The notes: generated by a model from the sequence alone, not told the origin. A stretch of 64,000 nucleotides of DNA from an uncultured Acidimicrobiaceae bacterium (GCA_963763575.1 CAVXPD010000011.1:25479-89478), one strand, 5' to 3'; counted from the stretch's first letter, positions 37,044 through 47,071 are shown. Numbers and translations are program-made.

Positions 37044-37094
37044 TTCCGTCGTAGGCGCGGAAATTCGGTGCAACGCAGGCTGCCTACGACGGAA
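37044..37094 (-). terminator. Perfect 13-bp inverted repeat (TTCCGTCGTAGGC...GCCTACGACGGAA) with a 25-nt loop, downstream of ctaG paralog 2
   Basis: Read directly. Lies 37 nt after the stop at 37131. There is no clear U-tract, so it could be a terminator, an attenuator or an operator. Confidence 0.35.
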
Positions 37095-37130
37095 ACTGGT
37101 CGGGCACCCGGAGTGCGGATGCCGGCACGC

Positions 37131-38048
37131 TCAGCCGGGGGGTATCCGGTCGGCCGGCGGGCGGAACGCCTCGAGCGGGGGCCCCGGATCACGGTGGAAG
37201 AAACGGTCCACACCCAGTGACAACCCCTCCTTGTCCTCCATGGCGCGCCGGATCGTCACGACCAGCGCGGGGATGGCCCAGAAGTCGCCGCAGATCCACA
37301 AGATGGCAGCACCGATCTGCTGGTCGGCGTAGGGGGAGAGGGTCACGCCAGGAATGTGGGCGTAGACCGAGTACCAGCTCGTCTCCGAGAAGAGTGACAT
37401 CGTCATCGCCAGGACGAACATGACGACGTTGGTGGAGATGATCGCCCCGATCTGCCACAGCGGCGACGCCTTCAACCGGAACGGGTAGGACGGGATGATC
37501 TGCAGCCAGAACAGGACCCCCGTGAGGAAGAGGCTCGCGTGCATCAGCCCGATGTGCACGACCTGGTTCTCCTCGGCGGCGTCGAAGAGGGCCGGCACGT
37601 GCCATACCACCATCACGACGTTGAACGAGACCAGCGCCGTCCACGGGTTGACGAGGAAGCGCCCGACGGCGCGCAGGCCGCTCGAGAAACGACCGAGGAG
37701 GAGGAACCGGACCACGCGCCGCCGCAGCCCAACCGGCAGGCCGTGGAGGAGCGGGAGCCAAGGAGCACCGGCGACGATGAGGATCGGCGCGTAGAACGCG
37801 ATGAGGATGTGCTCGATCATGTGCACGAAGAAGTAGTCGTCGGACCAGTAGTCGATCGGCGACGTGACGGTGAGGAGCAGGAGGGCGAGACCGGCGTAGA
37901 AGAAGAGCGACTTGAGGCGGCGCTTGCGCGTGCGCGCCGGGACCGAGCGGCGACGCAGGTTGGCCAGGCCGAGCTCGTTGAGCACGACGAGGACGGCCAC
38001 CACGATGACGAACGGGTCGAAGCTCCAGTTGTCGAGGATGTAGCTCAC
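37131..38048 (-). CDS. Cytochrome c oxidase assembly factor CtaG (Caa3_CtaG family), paralog 2
   Basis: ...[29 protein letters not shown]...[15 protein letters not shown]...[17 protein letters not shown]...[23 protein letters not shown]... Confidence 0.8.
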   Translation of the reverse strand: MSYILDNWSFDPFVIVVAVLVVLNELGLANLRRRSVPARTRKRRLKSLFFYAGLALLLLTVTSPIDYWSDDYFFVHMIEHILIAFYAPILIVAGAPWLPLLHGLPVGLRRRVVRFLLLGRFSSGLRAVGRFLVNPWTALVSFNVVMVVWHVPALFDAAEENQVVHIGLMHASLFLTGVLFWLQIIPSYPFRLKASPLWQIGAIISTNVVMFVLAMTMSLFSETSWYSVYAHIPGVTLSPYADQQIGAAILWICGDFWAIPALVVTIRRAMEDKEGLSLGVDRFFHRDPGPPLEAFRPPADRIPPG

Positions 38049-38118
38049 TGGGCCCTTCCTTCAGGAGCAGGCTCTCGGGTCACCGTAGCCCGCGACCCGG
38101 CGCCGTCCGCTTGTCCGG

Positions 38119-39291
38119 CTAGCTCGAAGAGCCGTAGGCCAGGGGGACCTGGGTGCTCTGGACCTTGGCCCACCGAGTGCCGGCCGGTGTCAACGCGTAC
38201 ACGCCAAGGGCCGTCCCCGCGACCGTGAACGCGTCGAGCGACGGTCCGCCCAAGCCGATGCCGGTTTCGAGGGGACCGAGCGCGCTGGTGTCAGGCGGCA
38301 GTGCGGGGAGTCGTGTCCACGCCCCCCCGGGGACCAGGTCGTAGCCGAGCGGCGCGCCCTTCGGGCCCGTTGTCACGGCCACCGAGCCGGCGGCGCCGAG
38401 GGACGACGCCAAGACCGCTCCGTCCCCCGGCAGCGCGAGCGGTGCGGACGCGCTCCAGCCGCCGTCCCTCTGCCAGTAGGCGACGAGCATCGTGTGGTTG
38501 TCCCGGCTGGCGGCGACGAGGGCGGTGGTGACGGTCCCGCCGGACTCGAGGCGAAGGACGTTCGTGCTCCACCCCGCCAGGGCCCGTGGCGGCGTCGGGC
38601 CGATGTCCATCCACGATCCGCCGGGCCGTGAGAACACGGCCACGGTTCCGCCGCGCCGGCAGGCCGCGGCGACCAACGGGTTACCCGTCGGACCGACCGC
38701 GACGGCATCGAGCGCCGAGGCGTCACAGCGCGGAGCGGCCCGATTCAGGCGGTGCAGGGACACCAGGGACGACCACGACGTGAGGCCGGACCGGGCCCGC
38801 AACACGGTGGTGCCAACGATGGCGAGGGACGCGGCGGCCCGATCTCCGCCGTCGGCCAGAGCGTCGGGCCGCGCCGCCAGGGCACCCGGCAAGAAGACCG
38901 GGCTCCAATTCGCGCCGCCGTTGACGCTGAGCGAAAGCGGCGAGAACCTGAGGAGGCCGCTCGGCAACGTCCCGATCAGGGTCGATGCGGCGGACGCGCC
39001 GGCCACGACCCCGCCGTTGTTGGCGACACCTTCCGGCGTGACGACCGACCAGTGTGAGGACCCGGGCGCGCCGTGGAGCACCTGCCAGAAGGTGTTGGAC
39101 GTATTGGACAGCTCGCCCATCGGTAGGACGGCCCACGAGCCGTTCGAGGTCTCGACGGCGCTCGGCAGCGGTACGCCCGCCCGGCCGGCGCCCGACGCCG
39201 GCGCGGCGCCGAGCGCGAAGAAGCCGGGGCAGGCGACGAGGCACCCCGCCGCAGCCAGCGCCACCCGGCGCCAGAAGGGGATCATCCTCAC
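38119..39291 (-). CDS. Putative lipoprotein with BNR/Ycf48-like beta-propeller repeats
   Basis: Lipobox-like AAAGCLVAC. Degenerate SxDxGxTW-type motifs (SVNGGANWSP, SRPGGSWMDI, QRDGGWSAS). GTGA overlap with the upstream SCO-fusion gene. Confidence 0.5.
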   Translation of the reverse strand: MRMIPFWRRVALAAAGCLVACPGFFALGAAPASGAGRAGVPLPSAVETSNGSWAVLPMGELSNTSNTFWQVLHGAPGSSHWSVVTPEGVANNGGVVAGASAASTLIGTLPSGLLRFSPLSLSVNGGANWSPVFLPGALAARPDALADGGDRAAASLAIVGTTVLRARSGLTSWSSLVSLHRLNRAAPRCDASALDAVAVGPTGNPLVAAACRRGGTVAVFSRPGGSWMDIGPTPPRALAGWSTNVLRLESGGTVTTALVAASRDNHTMLVAYWQRDGGWSASAPLALPGDGAVLASSLGAAGSVAVTTGPKGAPLGYDLVPGGAWTRLPALPPDTSALGPLETGIGLGGPSLDAFTVAGTALGVYALTPAGTRWAKVQSTQVPLAYGSSS

Positions 39292-41141
39292 GAATGGAGG
39301 ACTTGGTCGATTCGGCTCGTCAGCAGTGAGGAGAACGAGGATGCGAAGACCTGGGTGGGACCGGGATCATCGATGAGCGCGTCGCGCTCGTGTCCGTGTG
39401 CGTCGATCACGAAGGCCAGGTCGCTGTGCGCCACCATGGCACCGTCGGCGACCGTCTGCACCTCGTAGCCATAGGAGTCCCAGACGCGCTGCAGCGTCGC
39501 GACCGACCCCGTCAGGTAGTACCAGTTCGCCAGGTGGGTGAGTCCCTCCTGTCGATCGAACGCGTTCGTGAACGACACCGATCGATAGATCGGATTCGCG
39601 ACGATGGCCACGAAGTCGACCTGGCCCGACTGCGCCGACAGCTGCTGATCGGCTTGACGGAATTCCTGGGCGATGAGCGGGCAGTCCGAGGTGCACACGG
39701 GGTCGAGGAAGGTCAGCGCGACGACGTGACCGCGCAGGGCGGCGAGGCTGACCGGGCGGCCGTGCTGGTCGATGAGTTGGAACGGCGGCGCTGGCACGTC
39801 GATGGCGTTGGGCGTCCCGTCGAGCGCCTCGGTGAGGATGGGGTCGGCCTGCCGGTCGACCGCAGCCATCGCCATCGGCGCGGTCCCGACCAGCACGATG
39901 CCCAAAGCCCCCACCACCGCGGCGGAACGCAGCACGTAGGACAGTGAGGCCCGCTCCCACCACCGCGTTGGAGCTGCCGGACCCGGCGCGGCGGCCGGCG
40001 CGGGCCCAGCCTCGGCCGCCCGGACCGGAGCGGGCCCGGTGACTTCGGTCGTCGCCGGGACCCGGACCAGGGCCAGGTACCCGGCGACGAAGAACAGCGC
40101 CATCGGCAGCATGGAGTTCGGGTCCGTGCCGACGCCCCCCAGGAAGCCCAGGTCCTCGACGAGGACCCAGTCGGCCAGGCACAAGGCGACGAGGGCGACC
40201 AGTCCGACGAGGACGGGTTTCGGGCGACCGCTGAGCAGGAGCGCCCCGATGGACGCGAGCGACAACACGACGAAGAGGTTCACCCCCCAACCGTGAGCCG
40301 CGACGAACGAGCCGAATGTGCCCACCCACGACGACAAGAAGCCGGGCTGGGACGTCTTCGACATGGTCTGGACCATGCCGGTCAAGGTGCCGCCGCGGCC
40401 CTGCCAATAGCCCCGGCCCGGCCAGGCCTGGAGCACCGCCATGCCGATCAGGAAGAGGCCGCCCACGGTGAGGATCGTGCGACCCAGACGAACCGATGCG
40501 TAGGCGCGTTCGGGCAACGCGACCAGCACTCCCGCGGCGCAATAGAAGAGGACGGCACCGGGTGCGCCGAAGAGCCAGGTGAGGCCCGGGGCGAAGATCC
40601 CTCCGAAGGCCTCGCCGAACACCCACACGAGGACGCCCCAGCCCGCGCTGGCCACCCCGCCGAGGCGCGACCAACGCCCGCGCGGCGCGACGAGCAACCA
40701 GATGCCGAGCCCGATCTGGACCCAGACCGTGGCCGCGGCCGCTTGCACCGGATGATTCGACCAGATGGTGACGCCGCTGTTGACGACGTGTTGCACCCAC
40801 TGCGGCGACGTGCTCGCCGCCGGCTGGATCACTCCGGACGGCAGTCCAAGAGGCATGGAGGACTGCAGCTGCAGCAGTCCGTCCAGGATCCACAGCAGTC
40901 CGAACCCGATCCGCACGACGTGCCGGGCCAGCGGCTCGGCACTCGTGGCCGGCGGCGAGGGAAACGCCGTCTGCCCTTGTCCGCGCAGCCGCCGGTACTG
41001 CACCGTCCGGACGACGTTGAACCCGATCGCGCACACGAAGAGGACGAGCAGCACGATCAGCAGCTGGTGCAGCAACGCCGAGTGGAACGACGACACGATC
41101 AGCGAGTTGCCGTCCTGCAGCGAGCGACCCATGCCGGGCAT
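39288..41141 (-). CDS. Fusion protein: about 430-aa polytopic membrane domain plus a C-terminal SCO1/SenC domain
   Basis: C-terminus ...FQLIDQHGRPVSLAALRGHVVALTFLDPVCTSDCPLIAQE...MVAHSDLAFVID... (CxxxC plus His). The N-terminal part has about 10 hydrophobic segments of unrecognised family. Confidence 0.75.
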   Translation of the reverse strand: MPGMGRSLQDGNSLIVSSFHSALLHQLLIVLLVLFVCAIGFNVVRTVQYRRLRGQGQTAFPSPPATSAEPLARHVVRIGFGLLWILDGLLQLQSSMPLGLPSGVIQPAASTSPQWVQHVVNSGVTIWSNHPVQAAAATVWVQIGLGIWLLVAPRGRWSRLGGVASAGWGVLVWVFGEAFGGIFAPGLTWLFGAPGAVLFYCAAGVLVALPERAYASVRLGRTILTVGGLFLIGMAVLQAWPGRGYWQGRGGTLTGMVQTMSKTSQPGFLSSWVGTFGSFVAAHGWGVNLFVVLSLASIGALLLSGRPKPVLVGLVALVALCLADWVLVEDLGFLGGVGTDPNSMLPMALFFVAGYLALVRVPATTEVTGPAPVRAAEAGPAPAAAPGPAAPTRWWERASLSYVLRSAAVVGALGIVLVGTAPMAMAAVDRQADPILTEALDGTPNAIDVPAPPFQLIDQHGRPVSLAALRGHVVALTFLDPVCTSDCPLIAQEFRQADQQLSAQSGQVDFVAIVANPIYRSVSFTNAFDRQEGLTHLANWYYLTGSVATLQRVWDSYGYEVQTVADGAMVAHSDLAFVIDAHGHERDALIDDPGPTQVFASSFSSLLTSRIDQVLHS

Positions 41142-41286
41142 GGAGCTAGTGGTTCCCTTGAGTGGGCCATATGTGGCCTGCGGACATCGCGGCCGACACT
41201 ACCGCCGCCACTCGGGGATCCGGCAGCGGGTACCCCTATCCGAGCCCGCGCACGTGTGCTGCTTGCCGTGGTGGCCCTGCTCCGAA

Positions 41287-43596
41287 ATGATGACTGCCAA
41301 CCATATGACCGACGTCCCAGCTCCCGCGGTCGCGGTTCGAGAGTCATCGCCGCCGCGGGCTCTCCGATGGCTCAGGTCGAAGGACCCGCAGCTGCTCGTG
41401 CTGAAGCGCTCCGTGCGCGCGGCCATCGTGATGCCGAGCGTCTTCGCCTTCGCGCACTGGCTCTGGTCGAACGCCCAAGTGGGATTGTTCGCCTCGTTCG
41501 GCTCCGTCGGGCTCCTCCTGTTCGTGGAATTCACCGGGCGTCCCGTCGTCCGCTTCGCCTGCTACGCCGGCCTCTACGCGGTGGGAGCGGGTTTCATCGC
41601 GATCGGCACGGTGGCGTCGACCCACGAGGCCGCAGCGGTGATCACCATGTTCGTCGTGGGGTTCTGTGTCCTCTTCGCCGGCATCGTGGCGCCACCGGTG
41701 GCGACGGCGTCGACCGCGGCGTTACTCACCTTCGTGCTGTCGGTGGCGGTGGCCGAACCCGCCTCGCAGACCGGTCCGCGGCTACTGGGCTGGACGCTGG
41801 CCGCCGCAGTGTGCATCCCCGCCTGCCTACTGCTGTGGCCGCCGCCGTGGCACGACAACCTGCGACGCCGGTTGTCGGCGGCGATCACCGCGGTGGCGCG
41901 TTTGGCCGACGCGCGCGCCCGCGGGGACGAAGATCCGAGTTGGCAAGAGGCGGTCGCCCGCGAGCAGGCGCAGCTGCGCACGCAGTTCTCTGCGACGCCG
42001 TACCCACCGACCGGCGCTGCGTCGGGAGCAGTTGCGGTGTCCAAGCTCGTGGGCCGCGTCGAATGGGTCTCGGGCGACTCGGTGCTGCTGGTCGACGGAC
42101 ACGATCCGGCCTTGCCGGCGCCGTCGGTCCGGGTCACCGAGCAGGTCGCAGAGACGCTGCACCGAGCCGCCGCACTCGTCTGCGACGGAGACGGCCATCC
42201 GGTCCACGATCCCGCGCTCGTCAAGGAGTTGCAGGACGCTAACCGCCGCTTGGACGAGTCGATCAACGCCGAATTGCAGGCGGACATCGCCAGAGTGAGT
42301 GCGGCGCCCGCCTCCGACGCGCCGACAGAGGCGGACGAGAGTGTCGCGTCGGATCTGGACCCCGGGTTCCGCGCCCGGGGACTCGGGCTCGCGACCGAGA
42401 TGGTGGCTGATGCCGCACTCGAGGCGGCGGGTGTCGAGGGCGTCCTCGACCGGCGCATGGCTGCCGCTTCGGTCCCCGAGCATGCCGTCTACCACCGGGT
42501 GCTGTCCCACCTGTCGTTTCACTCGATCTGGTTCCGCAACGCGCTGCGGGGTGCGATCGGCCTCGCCCTCGCGGTCCTGGTCGTCGAGCTCATCGACGTC
42601 CAGCACGGATTCTGGGTCGTGCTCGGCACGTTGTCCGTCCTGCGGTCCAACGCGCTGGGGACGGGCGCCATCGCGCTCCGCGCGGTCTTGGGTACGACCC
42701 TCGGCGTCGTGGTCGGATCCGCCATCATGGTCGGCGTCGCCGACCACACGGTCCTCTTGTGGGTGCTGCTCCCGTTGGCCGTGCTCGTGGCGGGCACGGC
42801 ACCTTCCATGATCGGGTTCGCCGCCGGGCAGGCGGCGTTCTCCTTGACCGTGATCATCCTCTTCAACATCATCCAGCCGGTCGGCTGGAAGGTCGGCCTT
42901 ACCCGCATCGAGGACGTGGCCATCGGCTGCGGCGTGAGCGTCGTCGTTGGTCTGCTGTTCTGGCCCCGGGGAGCGACGGCTGCGCTCGGCCGGGCGCTTG
43001 CGGGTGCGTTCGTGGCCGCCTCCGCCTACCTGGCGGAGGCGGTCGACCGGCTCACCGAGACGTCGCACGAGGTCGACACCGGGCCCGCCCAGCGAGAGTC
43101 CTTCCGGACGTACCTGTTGCTCGACGACGCCTTCCGGCAGTTCCTGGCCGAGCGCGGCGCCAAGGTCGTCTCGGTGGAGACCGTCACCCGCCTTTTCGGC
43201 GGCTCCAACCGGCTCCGCCTTGCGGCGTACGCACTGGCCACGCTCCCGGTCCGTCCTCCCGACCTGGGCCGGCCCGAGGTCGAATCCGTCGCCATCGCCG
43301 AGGCCGTCCTGCGCGACTCGTACGCGGCGACGCACCGCTGGTACGAGATGTTCGCGGAGCTGCTGGCGGACCAGCGCCCCGCGCTCGAACCGCTGCCGCC
43401 CCAGGGCGAGGTCCTCGACCATGCCCTGCGGACGGCCTTCGACGACGTCCGGAGTCAACATCGCGACGACCGCGTGCTCACGACCCTCCTGATGCTCTGG
43501 GCCGACGACCTCCTGGAGAACCAGGACCAGATGCAGACGGACCTCCTGGCCTCGGCCACCCTGTTCGTCCACACGCACCGCAGGATCTTGGTGTAG
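41287..43596 (+). CDS. FUSC-family (fusaric-acid-resistance / aromatic acid exporter-like) membrane protein
   Basis: Two multi-TM blocks separated by a long soluble linker. The second block ...FRNALRGAIGLALAVLVVELI..HGFWVVLGTLSVLRSNALGT... is the family hallmark. The track ORF extends upstream to 40765. Confidence 0.75.
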   Translation: MMTANHMTDVPAPAVAVRESSPPRALRWLRSKDPQLLVLKRSVRAAIVMPSVFAFAHWLWSNAQVGLFASFGSVGLLLFVEFTGRPVVRFACYAGLYAVGAGFIAIGTVASTHEAAAVITMFVVGFCVLFAGIVAPPVATASTAALLTFVLSVAVAEPASQTGPRLLGWTLAAAVCIPACLLLWPPPWHDNLRRRLSAAITAVARLADARARGDEDPSWQEAVAREQAQLRTQFSATPYPPTGAASGAVAVSKLVGRVEWVSGDSVLLVDGHDPALPAPSVRVTEQVAETLHRAAALVCDGDGHPVHDPALVKELQDANRRLDESINAELQADIARVSAAPASDAPTEADESVASDLDPGFRARGLGLATEMVADAALEAAGVEGVLDRRMAAASVPEHAVYHRVLSHLSFHSIWFRNALRGAIGLALAVLVVELIDVQHGFWVVLGTLSVLRSNALGTGAIALRAVLGTTLGVVVGSAIMVGVADHTVLLWVLLPLAVLVAGTAPSMIGFAAGQAAFSLTVIILFNIIQPVGWKVGLTRIEDVAIGCGVSVVVGLLFWPRGATAALGRALAGAFVAASAYLAEAVDRLTETSHEVDTGPAQRESFRTYLLLDDAFRQFLAERGAKVVSVETVTRLFGGSNRLRLAAYALATLPVRPPDLGRPEVESVAIAEAVLRDSYAATHRWYEMFAELLADQRPALEPLPPQGEVLDHALRTAFDDVRSQHRDDRVLTTLLMLWADDLLENQDQMQTDLLASATLFVHTHRRILV

Positions 43597-43673
43597 AGCG
43601 TAGGGAGGATTTCGCGTCGCTCGAGGCTTGCACCGGTACAGTACGGGAACCGTTTTCGCCCCAGGGAGCCGTA

Positions 43674-45494
43674 ATGAGTTCGACGCGCACCGAGTCACGT
43701 CGCTCACGGAGCCTGACGTCCCGCTGGACGAGCGCGGTGAGCGTCTGCATGATCGCGCTCCTCCTGTCGTCCGGCACCGCCGCTGCCGCGGCGCCCTCGA
43801 GCACGACGACGACCGCCTCCACCGGGTCGACGACCACCACGTCGAAGACCCCCCACGTGGTCAACCAGCCGAACCTCGCCGCGCTCTCGCCTCACGTCGT
43901 CGCGCTCACTGGATCGGGCGTCCAATACCAGCACAGCGGCGGGCCCACGAACGCCGAGCAAGACCTGTCCGGAACACCCAGCTTCATGACTTCGCCGGGC
44001 GGCCCGTACCTCTACGATGCCGACAACCGCATGGTGATCCTCCACGGCACGAATGTCGTGTACAAGCATGCGCCCTACATCGCGTACCCCGACCCGGGAA
44101 ATCCCTGGAATTTCGACGCCTCCGATGCCGAGCGTATGCGGAGTCTCGGTTTCAACCTCGTTCGTCTCGGCATTGAATGGCAGGCCCTCGAGCCGGGTTC
44201 GGGTGGGGTCAACCAACCAAAGATCTGTGCGGCTGGATCCCCCGGGAACCCGCACGAGTTCAATCGAGTCATCGCGCTGCGCTACCTCAAGAAGGTCGCC
44301 GCCACCGTGAACCTCCTCGGCCGCTACGGGATCTACACGCTCCTCGACATGCACCAGGACGTGTACAACTCGAATTTCCGTGGCGAGGGTGCGCCGAACT
44401 GGGCCGTGTGCACCGACAACAAGCCCATCGTGCCCAGCGGTGGGCGGTGGTCGAACAACTACGCCAATCCTGAACTGCAGATAGCGGCGGCGCACTTCTG
44501 GTCCAACGACGTCGTGGGAAACCTGCAGGGCGAATTCGACCACGTCTGGGCGGTCGTGGCGGACTACTTCAAGAACGATCGCTGGGTCGTCGGCTACGAC
44601 CCCTTCAACGAGCCGTTCTCGACCCAGACACAGCAGGCAGCCGAGGCCACCTTCAGCGGCTACCTGGAGTGCTTCTACACCGGAAAGTCCCACACGGGCT
44701 TCTTGGCCAACGGGACCTCACCATTGGTGTGCCCGCCGGACGTGCCCAACGAAGGGGTCGTCCCCTCGATCGAGGCCGTCGACCCACACCATCTGCTCTT
44801 CGTCGAACCCGACATTTATTGGGTCACAGGGGGCAACGTTCCTTCGCAGCTGGGCCCGGTGCCGTTCCCGCGCGTCGTGTTCAACTTCCACGACTATTGC
44901 GGCGACCGCAGCCCCGTCACTGGCGACCCGACCAACCTCTTGGGCTGCCTGCAGACGGAGGAGACTTCGGCCGCTGAGCAGGACGTAGTGCGGCTCTCGA
45001 TGAGCTCGGCGTACCAGCCGAGCGGGCCGGCCCTCTTCATGAGCGAGTTCGGCGCGACGTCGAGCGTGTCGCTGGCTGGGTTCGACACCGAATGGGCAGC
45101 ATTGGACCAGATTGGCTGGGCCTATTGGGCGTGGAAGTACTACGACGACCCGACCGGCTCGTCCGCCGAAGGGCTGGTTCTGGCCGACGGAACGTACTCG
45201 CCGACCGTCACCGTGTTGTCCCGGACCTACCCGCAAGAGATCGCCGGCGTCGCCAATTCGATTCTGTTCAACCCGTTCACCGGCGCCTTCGGTTTGACCT
45301 ATACCCCGAGCACCGCCGCACGCGGCGTCACCAGCATCGAGGTCGCGGCCGCCCAGCACTATTCCGATGGATGGTGTGCTGCCGTGAAGGGTGGGCAAAT
45401 CACGTCGCCACCCGGAGCCGCCCACCTCACCATTCGGACCGTGGGCAGCCCCGTGCAGGTCGCCGTCACGGTGACCGCGGGCGCGTGTCCGTGA
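43674..45494 (+). CDS. Secreted GH5-family glycoside hydrolase (endoglycosylceramidase/cellulase-like)
   Basis: Signal peptide plus Thr-rich linker. ...FNLVRLGIEWQALEP..., acid/base GYDPFNEPF, nucleophile ALFMSEFG. The track ORF extends upstream to 42759. Confidence 0.8.
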   Translation: MSSTRTESRRSRSLTSRWTSAVSVCMIALLLSSGTAAAAAPSSTTTTASTGSTTTTSKTPHVVNQPNLAALSPHVVALTGSGVQYQHSGGPTNAEQDLSGTPSFMTSPGGPYLYDADNRMVILHGTNVVYKHAPYIAYPDPGNPWNFDASDAERMRSLGFNLVRLGIEWQALEPGSGGVNQPKICAAGSPGNPHEFNRVIALRYLKKVAATVNLLGRYGIYTLLDMHQDVYNSNFRGEGAPNWAVCTDNKPIVPSGGRWSNNYANPELQIAAAHFWSNDVVGNLQGEFDHVWAVVADYFKNDRWVVGYDPFNEPFSTQTQQAAEATFSGYLECFYTGKSHTGFLANGTSPLVCPPDVPNEGVVPSIEAVDPHHLLFVEPDIYWVTGGNVPSQLGPVPFPRVVFNFHDYCGDRSPVTGDPTNLLGCLQTEETSAAEQDVVRLSMSSAYQPSGPALFMSEFGATSSVSLAGFDTEWAALDQIGWAYWAWKYYDDPTGSSAEGLVLADGTYSPTVTVLSRTYPQEIAGVANSILFNPFTGAFGLTYTPSTAARGVTSIEVAAAQHYSDGWCAAVKGGQITSPPGAAHLTIRTVGSPVQVAVTVTAGACP

Positions 45495-45495
45495 G

Positions 45496-46710
45496 TCAGC
45501 CGGTCGGGGTCAGGATGCCCACTAACCCGTTGGTGTAGTGGTTCGGCCCGGAGCTGAACACCAGGGCGTGGGTGCCCCCGAATGCGGTGTCGCCCTTCCG
45601 TAGCCCCCACAGCCCGGGGATCACGATGGGGGCTCCGCTCGTGTTCTCGAGCGCACCGAGGTAGGCGCCGGTGGCGGGAGCGAACACGTTGATCCATCCG
45701 TTGCCCAGGTTCCCGACCAAGAGCTTGCCCGCGAACGGGCCGAAATCGGGTGGGCCGAAGGCGAGGCCCCAGGGCTCATCGAGCGGGCTGCCCGCGCCGC
45801 CGCTGACCAGGTGCTTGAGCAGGACGCCATCCGGGCTGTACCTGTCGACGAAGCCCAGTCCGGCGCCGGGGACCACGTTGGTCTTGGCGGCGTTCTGCTT
45901 GCCGTACGTGACGTAGATGTTCTTGCCCAGCGCCTGAACGTTGAAGGGCGCGTACCCCTTGGGGATGGCGGGATCGACGAACTCCGTCGGTGTGCTCACC
46001 GGCGCGAAGTCCTTGTTGAAGACGTCGACGCGGGCGTTGGCCACGTCGGCGGCAAAGAGCTCTGGACCCGCCGTCGGCAGCGCAGAGATGGCGAGTCCCT
46101 TGAACACTGCGCCGGCCGGCGTCGTGCCTCCTGGTCCACCGGTCGGGCTGTCCTCGACCACGAAAGTGGCGCCACCGTTCCACGCCGCGATCTCGCCTGG
46201 AGACTGCGTAGTGCCGATGGAATCGGAGTCAACGATGAAGAGTGCGTGCGAACCGGTCGTGCCTCCCACCGGGAAGTCGGCGGTCGGGTTGCCGACCTGC
46301 CCCGTGGGGTTCCCGCCGGGCACGGGCACCGTCAGGTCGAGCGACACCGCGCCGCCGTTGATGCCGCCGCTATAGAGGGTGGCGTTGCCGGAGTTGTTGT
46401 CCGAGACCCAAAGGGGGCTGTTGCCCAAGGTGGCGAGACCCCACGCGTTGGTCAGGTTCGGGTCGACCAGCTTCGCCCCGAAGCTGGCCTTGTTGGCTAT
46501 GAGGTCCGTCTGGGCGAACTTGTTGGGCGCCGTCGACACGGGACCTGCTCCAGCCGCCGCAGCCGCCGGGACGAGGGCGCCGGCCACGGCGACGCCTGCG
46601 GCGATGGCCCCGGCTCGACCGAGCCAATCGGGCCGCCCCGCCCGGCGGGCTGGGCGGAGACGTCGAGTCCTCGGACGAGCATCCTTGGTGGGTCCGGTCG
46701 TCATATGCAT
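45496..46710 (-). CDS. TIGR03118-family (NHL-like beta-propeller) secreted protein
   Basis: ...FAQTDLIANKASFGAKLVDPNLTNAWGLATLGNSPLWVSDNNSGNATLY... and ...WGLAFGPPDFGPFAGKLLVGNLGNGWINVF... match the remembered family pattern. Confidence 0.7.
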   Translation of the reverse strand: MHMTTGPTKDARPRTRRLRPARRAGRPDWLGRAGAIAAGVAVAGALVPAAAAAGAGPVSTAPNKFAQTDLIANKASFGAKLVDPNLTNAWGLATLGNSPLWVSDNNSGNATLYSGGINGGAVSLDLTVPVPGGNPTGQVGNPTADFPVGGTTGSHALFIVDSDSIGTTQSPGEIAAWNGGATFVVEDSPTGGPGGTTPAGAVFKGLAISALPTAGPELFAADVANARVDVFNKDFAPVSTPTEFVDPAIPKGYAPFNVQALGKNIYVTYGKQNAAKTNVVPGAGLGFVDRYSPDGVLLKHLVSGGAGSPLDEPWGLAFGPPDFGPFAGKLLVGNLGNGWINVFAPATGAYLGALENTSGAPIVIPGLWGLRKGDTAFGGTHALVFSSGPNHYTNGLVGILTPTG

Positions 46711-47071
46711 CCCTCTCGCATTCGAGCGCATTGGTTTGTCGAGGTGCGCGACGACAGCCCGATCGGGGGCAACCTGTCGTCTCTCGGGGCTACGGCCGCG
46801 AGGAACGCCGGGATTGCGCTCCGGCGGGGCATCCGTCCACGGTGGGGATCCGGGCAGGTCGCAGGTGAACTTCGCGTGACCGCCACCCCCGTCCGAGGCG
46901 GTCAGGACGACGCACCCACCGATACCGACTCGTCGACAACGGCGCGGAGCTCACCCGGGCCGATGGAGAGGCGCCCTCGCCCTTGAGCCCCGCCCGAAAT
47001 TCGACGACGTTGTCCTCCCCCGCCCCGGCCAGGAGGTCGAAGCCGCCGTGTAAGGCCCAGCCACGCACGGC

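Noticed and set aside
46732-47071. Short ORFs (for example 46790..47068) in the spacer between the TIGR03118 gene and the DUF4331 module
   Set aside because: The translations are Arg/Gly-rich with no RBS or family features, so this is probably a non-coding promoter and terminator region.
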